In this document: piece after piece, positions 59,088-64,000 of the stretch
Layout: each line of letters begins with the position of its first letter
Numbering within the stretch: the first letter of the stretch is position 1
NCBI GenBank assembly: GCA_050950765.1
Contig: JBMNIF010000002.1
Coordinates: forward strand, 288,001-352,000
Origin: Bdellovibrionota bacterium
GTDB lineage: Bacteria; Bdellovibrionota_C; UBA2361; JAAYZI01
Length of the DNA stretch: 64,000 bases
Reading direction: 5' to 3'
Notes under the pieces: model-generated
The model's database searches: none
What the model was told of the DNA's origin: nothing
The model's input: only the letters and a program-made list of their open reading frames with translations
Made by a program: the position numbers and the translations under genes

Positions 59088-60470
59088 CTAATACGCCTTT
59101 ACGATCTCTGCCTTTGGATAGTAGTGCTTTATTATTTCAGGATACGAATATCCTGCCAATGCCATCCCGACAGCACCGATCTGACAGAATCCTCCACCGT
59201 GTCCCCAACCTGCACCACGGAAATGAACTGCCTCCACATTACCAGCAGCATCTCGATCAAGTGTAAAAACAAAAGCGCTACTAAATAAAAATGTTTCGTG
59301 TAAGCAAGCACGGATATAGAACTGATCTCCTAAAGAAGCCACCTGTTTTTGACCTTTTTTATCTATATACACGATCTCCATTGTTAAGAACCTGCCGGAA
59401 ACGCCACGCTTCCCCCCTTTCAGATCAGAGATAGCCACCACGTCATCTAGTCCACACTTCTCTTTTAGCTTCTTAATAATAGTCGACGATGTTGTAGTGT
59501 GGTTCCAACGGAAATATTCCCCTTTTTCATCAACAGCCCCTAAGTATTGCTTTAAGTCCTGATCCGGAATCATCCCACAAAAAAAGTGTTCGCGCGGTGC
59601 ATCAAGCCACTTCAAAAAAGCGGCCTCCTCTCTTAAATCTTCACTCCAAATACCTTGATTTGGGCTATCTAAATAAACTTCTGGATGTCCCGCATCATAT
59701 CCGAAAAGTGCTTGTGTACTCTCCATGTGTCCACCACAACTCTTTGAATAGTTAGACGGAGCAACGTAACCGTTATTAAGAACAATATAATCTCCCCTAG
59801 AAGCTGTTACTAAATCGATCACGCGATCCGAGAGGTGGGTTGTACCTTGATAGCGTTGAGAAAAATCATCATTACAGATCTGATACGGTTTATCTGTATA
59901 CTTACTACCTAAAAAAACATAAGCCCATGAACGAGCAGCAGTAGCTTGTGCCCGTCCTGACTCTGTTAAAGAGTTCTCTCCACTCATTTCAGAAGCTAAT
60001 GCACAAACTGTATAAAACTCAATCCCGATAACATTCACTACTACGAAGTAATTAAGAGAGGGGATAATTTCTATCGTTCCTGGAAATGTTTGTGCGATCT
60101 CTTTTTGCCAATGGAAACCTCTCCCCGCAACGATATTTTCAAGTTTAATTCCACTCCCTGCTACTAACGGTTTTTCCTGTAAAGGTTTTAGTTTTAACGA
60201 ACCTGTAAAAACTCCTAACTCTTCTCCGTCGAGACTTAACACAGAGAGACCGTTATGTAACGTTAGGCGATATTTTAAATTGCACTTCTCAGCACCACAA
60301 AAAAGAAACTCCTCTCCTGCAGATGTTGAAAGGAGCAGGTCGTCTTGTGGAATAAATTCGATAAAGTCTTTCTTATCTTCTTCTAAAACAATTCCAACCC
60401 TGATAATCGGCTCTACCTGCGGTACTCTCACAGCAGTTGGTGCTGCTTCATACATCTTATAAACTACCAT
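59088..60470 (-). CDS. SpoIID/LytB domain lytic transglycosylase-like protein
   Basis: ASEMS, AQATAARS, QRYQG, SCGGH, GAGWGHGGGFCQIGA, IIKHYYP. Confidence 0.9.
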   Translation of the reverse strand: MVVYKMYEAAPTAVRVPQVEPIIRVGIVLEEDKKDFIEFIPQDDLLLSTSAGEEFLFCGAEKCNLKYRLTLHNGLSVLSLDGEELGVFTGSLKLKPLQEKPLVAGSGIKLENIVAGRGFHWQKEIAQTFPGTIEIIPSLNYFVVVNVIGIEFYTVCALASEMSGENSLTESGRAQATAARSWAYVFLGSKYTDKPYQICNDDFSQRYQGTTHLSDRVIDLVTASRGDYIVLNNGYVAPSNYSKSCGGHMESTQALFGYDAGHPEVYLDSPNQGIWSEDLREEAAFLKWLDAPREHFFCGMIPDQDLKQYLGAVDEKGEYFRWNHTTTSSTIIKKLKEKCGLDDVVAISDLKGGKRGVSGRFLTMEIVYIDKKGQKQVASLGDQFYIRACLHETFLFSSAFVFTLDRDAAGNVEAVHFRGAGWGHGGGFCQIGAVGMALAGYSYPEIIKHYYPKAEIVKAY

Positions 60471-60668
60471 AACTTTATCACTCCCCTTAAAAACTTTACC
60501 GCTTTGAAGGATCCAGACACCGCTAATGTCGCTATTTTTAAATCTTATAGAGATTCGATCTTACCATTTTCTTACTCAATTTTTCCTTATTTTTGCGAAA
60601 ATTAACGTTCTAAAACTTTGTTAATAGATTTTATACACAGAGGTGCAAAATTCAAAAAGCCAACTCTT

Positions 60669-60746
60669 GTGCCACCCTTTAGGTGGAAGGTTTTAAAAAG
60701 CAACTAGGGTTAAAAGCTAGGAAAAATGAATAATATCAAGATGTTA
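60669..60746. promoter_or_regulatory. Repeat-family fragment with IHF-consensus site in the spoIID/rpoN divergent intergenic region
   Basis: GTGCCACCCTT at 60669; TATCAAGATGTTA (WATCAA-N4-TTR) at 60734-60746; 18-mer identical to 23544-23561. Confidence 0.55.
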
Positions 60747-60861
60747 TAAAAAGACGCTTTCTAGCGTTGAATTCTTGCGAAAAAAATCGCTCTTTCCTCA
60801 TCTTATAAGCGTGGTGCTTATTAGGCACTTTGTGAATCGAGGTAAGGAAGGTTTTGTAATC

Positions 60862-62292
60862 ATGGCGTTAGAAATTAAGTTATCACAGAAACTAAGTCAG
60901 TCTCTTTTGATGACACCACAACTGCAACACGCTATTAAGCTTTTGCAGTTAGGTCGTTTGGAATACATAGAAGCTATAGAAAAAGAGCTCCTAGAGAATC
61001 CGATCTTAGAAGAGCTACACGAAGATCAATCCAACTCCACTAAGAAACAAAAAGAAAAAGAGTTACGTGACACGGAAGAAGCTCCTATTGAGCCCAGAAA
61101 AGATGAATCACCTATCGAATGGGATGATTACATATCTAGTTTTTCTGATTATCGTCCTTCTTCTGATAGAGGCACCTTTGATCAAGAAGATCACCCTTCC
61201 ATAGAAGCCACCCTCACAAAAAGTAAAGACTTAACCGATTATATTTTATCTCAGATCTGCGTATCTAAACTGAACCAAACGGAAAAAGAGATCCTGTTTC
61301 AGATTATAGGTAATTTAAATAAAGATGGATATCTCTGCATTGAATACTCCGAAATCGCCGCTGAATGTAACTGTTCAGAAGAAGAGGTTCTGGAGGTTAT
61401 TGAGCTGATCCAATCTTTAGATCCTGCCGGACTGGGTGCACGCAACTTACAAGAGTGCCTCTTAATTCAATTAGGCAAACTGGGGCTTGGAGAATCATTA
61501 GCAGCTAAAATCGTAAAAGAGTACCTCCCAGAACTTGAGAGAAAAAAATACGACTTAATCGCAAAAAATGAAGGCGTTGCCATAGAGGATGTTTACAGTA
61601 GTGTAGCAACCATTCAACATTTAGAGCCCCGCCCTGGACGCTCCTACTCCGACGATGCCACACGCTATATTATCCCTGATATATACGTTATTAAAGACAA
61701 TGGCGGGTACGTTATAACCCTAAATGAAGAAGGGCTTCCACGTTTAAGGGTCAACCCTTATTATCTGCAACTCTTAAATAAAAACGATGCGGATAGTGAC
61801 ACTAGCCGTGCTTATTTAACAGACCGCTTTAAAGCAGCTTCTTGGTTGATAAAAAGCATTCATCAAAGGCAGAATACCATTTACCGTGTCACTGAAAGTA
61901 TTATGAAATTTCAACGTAAATTTCTAGACGATGGTATAGAATATTTAAAACCACTCGTATTAAAAGACGTTGCAAACGATATCGGTATGCACGAATCAAC
62001 CGTTAGTCGTGTTACAACCAATAAATACGTGCACACACCACAAGGTGTCTTTGAGTTGAAGTATTTCTTTACTACGGCGATAAAAACAGACGAGGGTAGC
62101 GTCTCCTCTTCCAGCGTTAAAGAAAAAATTCGAGCGCTGATCGCAGAGGAACCTGCTTCAAACCCCATCAGCGATCAACAGATAGTTGAGATACTTTCTC
62201 AAGAAAACATCAGCATAGCTCGGCGTACAGTAGCTAAGTATCGAGAAAGTTTGGGGATTTTATCATCTTCTAAGCGCAAAAAATTATTTTAA
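60862..62292 (+). CDS. rpoN: RNA polymerase sigma-54 factor
   Basis: MTPQLQHAIKLLQL, DPAGLGAR.LQECL, HESTVSR, RpoN box ARRTVAKYR; start at ATG 60862. Confidence 0.97.
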   Translation: MALEIKLSQKLSQSLLMTPQLQHAIKLLQLGRLEYIEAIEKELLENPILEELHEDQSNSTKKQKEKELRDTEEAPIEPRKDESPIEWDDYISSFSDYRPSSDRGTFDQEDHPSIEATLTKSKDLTDYILSQICVSKLNQTEKEILFQIIGNLNKDGYLCIEYSEIAAECNCSEEEVLEVIELIQSLDPAGLGARNLQECLLIQLGKLGLGESLAAKIVKEYLPELERKKYDLIAKNEGVAIEDVYSSVATIQHLEPRPGRSYSDDATRYIIPDIYVIKDNGGYVITLNEEGLPRLRVNPYYLQLLNKNDADSDTSRAYLTDRFKAASWLIKSIHQRQNTIYRVTESIMKFQRKFLDDGIEYLKPLVLKDVANDIGMHESTVSRVTTNKYVHTPQGVFELKYFFTTAIKTDEGSVSSSSVKEKIRALIAEEPASNPISDQQIVEILSQENISIARRTVAKYRESLGILSSSKRKKLF

Positions 62293-62395
62293 TGTTTTTA
62301 ATTATTTAAAAGGTGTGCAATTCTGAATAATATTCTAGATTCAACCTTAGGAATAATTGCAAAGTTTTTTATTAACCTACTTTAAGGGGAATATT

Positions 62396-62710
62396 ATGGT
62401 AAATGATGCAAACATTATTTCAATGAATGTTACATTCAGAAATATGGATGTCTCGGACGCATTAAGAAACTATGCTGAAGAGAAGTTGGAGGGGTGTTTA
62501 CGCAAGTTCATCAGAAAGAACACAGAGGTAAATATCATTCTACTTGTAGAGAAACATCGTCAGATCGCCGAGATCTCTTTCGCCTCTGATGGTGTAAGTT
62601 TTAAGAACTCGGAAGAGTCTGATGATATGTACAAGTCCATTGATAAATTAGTTGATTCGTTAACGAACCAACTTCGTAGACATAAAGAAAAATTGATAAA
62701 ACGCAATTGA
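62396..62710 (+). CDS. hpf: Ribosome hibernation promoting factor (short HPF)
   Basis: VTFRNMDVSDALRNY.EEKL, DMYKSID, QLRRHKEK; follows rpoN. Confidence 0.9.
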   Translation: MVNDANIISMNVTFRNMDVSDALRNYAEEKLEGCLRKFIRKNTEVNIILLVEKHRQIAEISFASDGVSFKNSEESDDMYKSIDKLVDSLTNQLRRHKEKLIKRN

Positions 62711-63594
62711 AAACTAACCTCAGTCACATATCATCTTTGATATTAATTACTGGAATATCCGGGGCAGGCAAGTCGAGTGTCCTGCACTCCTTGGCTGACC
62801 TCGGATATTACGCAATTGATAATTTACCAGTTTCTCTACTGGAAACATTTTTAGAGTTTTCCGCCACAGCTCCCGATAAATTTAAACGCACTGCCCTGTT
62901 ATTGGATGTTTATTCTCTGGATGACGAACAAACGTTACTTAAGTCATTGGGGGAGTTAAAGTTAAAACAGCAGAATATGGAGCTGTTTTTTATTGATTGT
63001 CGCACTGAAACTATTATCAAACGTTATAGTGAAACACGTCGTCCACACCCTGCTTTTAATGCTGATACAGATCGTGGCTTAAGCGATACTATTGCGCGCG
63101 AACGTGACAGATTGATGTCTTTTAAAGATATCGCAACGTTTATTATCGATACATCATACCTTAACATTCACGATCTACGCCGTAAGATTAGAGACTTTGT
63201 TGATAGTCACAGCAAAACCACCTCAACTAACTTACGTGTTAATTTTATATCTTTCGGCTTTAAAAAAGGTCTTCCCAGAGATTGTGATATCGTAATGGAT
63301 GTGCGCTTCTTATCCAATCCGTATTTTATCCCTGAATTACGCAGCCGCACAGGGCTGGATCAAGACGTTCGTGACTTCGTGGAAAAGCAACCTGCTACAA
63401 AAGACTTTATAGAAAAATATTCAGACCTACTTAATTTCCTCCTTCCGCAATACGTTTTTGAAGGGAAATCGTACCTAAGCATCGGCATAGGTTGCACAGG
63501 TGGTCAACACCGCTCCGTTGCCATCGCTGAAATTTTAGCAAGCAAAATAACAGACCAAAAATACCTAGTCAGTATTCAACACAGAGACCTCTAA
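62707..63594 (+). CDS. rapZ: RNase adapter RapZ (YhbJ)
   Basis: ITGISGAGKS, IDNLP, RYSETRRPHP, SFGFKKG, DVRFL.NPYF, GCTGGQHRSV. Confidence 0.95.
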   Translation: MKTNLSHISSLILITGISGAGKSSVLHSLADLGYYAIDNLPVSLLETFLEFSATAPDKFKRTALLLDVYSLDDEQTLLKSLGELKLKQQNMELFFIDCRTETIIKRYSETRRPHPAFNADTDRGLSDTIARERDRLMSFKDIATFIIDTSYLNIHDLRRKIRDFVDSHSKTTSTNLRVNFISFGFKKGLPRDCDIVMDVRFLSNPYFIPELRSRTGLDQDVRDFVEKQPATKDFIEKYSDLLNFLLPQYVFEGKSYLSIGIGCTGGQHRSVAIAEILASKITDQKYLVSIQHRDL

Positions 63595-63664
63595 AATTCG
63601 TGTGAGTGGAATAGATTCCACCCTATAAAATAGCTAAGACCTGATATAGTTTGATCTTTAAACT

Positions 63665-64000
63665 CTAGTTTTCAAAAGTTCGACAGAAATCTTCGAGCTC
63701 ATCAATCTTCGGTTCAAGCTCATTTTTAATTACTTCACCTAGCGCCCACCATGATTGATAAAGTTGATGCTGACAGATCTTTTTACAAATATCTGAAATG
63801 TCGGAAACCTGTTTATCGATGTTATACCTCTCTTTCTCACTATCTGGAATCAGCTCTACGATAGAAGCATACCACTGGAAAAAAGCCTGCAAAGTGTGCA
63901 CGGCTTCAGATAAGATCTGATTTCCACCCTGCATCTTCCCACTTTGAAAATCTTTGCGCGCATTACGAAATTTTATATAACACTCACGCAAAACAGGCGC
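63665..64000 (-). CDS. Hypothetical helical protein, 3' part (5' end outside window)
   Basis: Frame is open to the window edge; helical C-terminus W.ALGEVIKNELEPKI. Confidence 0.6.
   Translation of the reverse strand, partial: APVLRECYIKFRNARKDFQSGKMQGGNQILSEAVHTLQAFFQWYASIVELIPDSEKERYNIDKQVSDISDICKKICQHQLYQSWWALGEVIKNELEPKIDELEDFCRTFEN

Overview
AT-rich (roughly 38% GC by eye) chromosomal window from a diderm bacterium. Gene content (LpxI, SpoIID/LytB, sigma54 system, Cys/Asp 'CNGxDDDCDG' motifs) suggests a deltaproteobacteria/Bdellovibrionota-like lineage; this is inference only. Housekeeping blocks: end of a DUF58-Bat (vWA) operon, an NtrC-type regulator, lysS-lolC/E-lolD-bamA-skp-fabZ-lpxA-lpxI, typA, leuS, PiT/DUF47, manB, ettA, nadE, tkt, spoIID-like and rpoN-hpf-rapZ, plus tRNA-Asp, tRNA-Thr and tRNA-Cys. 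Accessory or unusual content: (1) a stand-alone TraW-like/TraU-like/TrbC-like secreted-protein trio co-oriented with a Ser/Thr kinase, with no other conjugation genes in the window; (2) a dispersed non-coding ~75-80 bp repeat family in tandem arrays that supplies gene stop codons and carries TGGCAC and IHF-like motifs; (3) a Firmicutes-style DUF5320/DUF134/NifX/Fe-S ATPase island behind tRNA-Asp, with three degenerate tRNA 3'-end copies and hidden IscU and Mrp/ApbC pseudogenes; (4) a complete 1565-bp IS with a 6-bp target duplication splitting a ~1054-aa secreted RCC1-repeat gene; (5) a tandem-duplicated MoxR/CoxD-type AAA+ protein; (6) large orphan proteins ending in a HicA-like or an FGKYKG domain; (7) a NadE whose glutaminase nucleophile motif is missing. 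All family calls are motif recognition by eye; no database searches were run.
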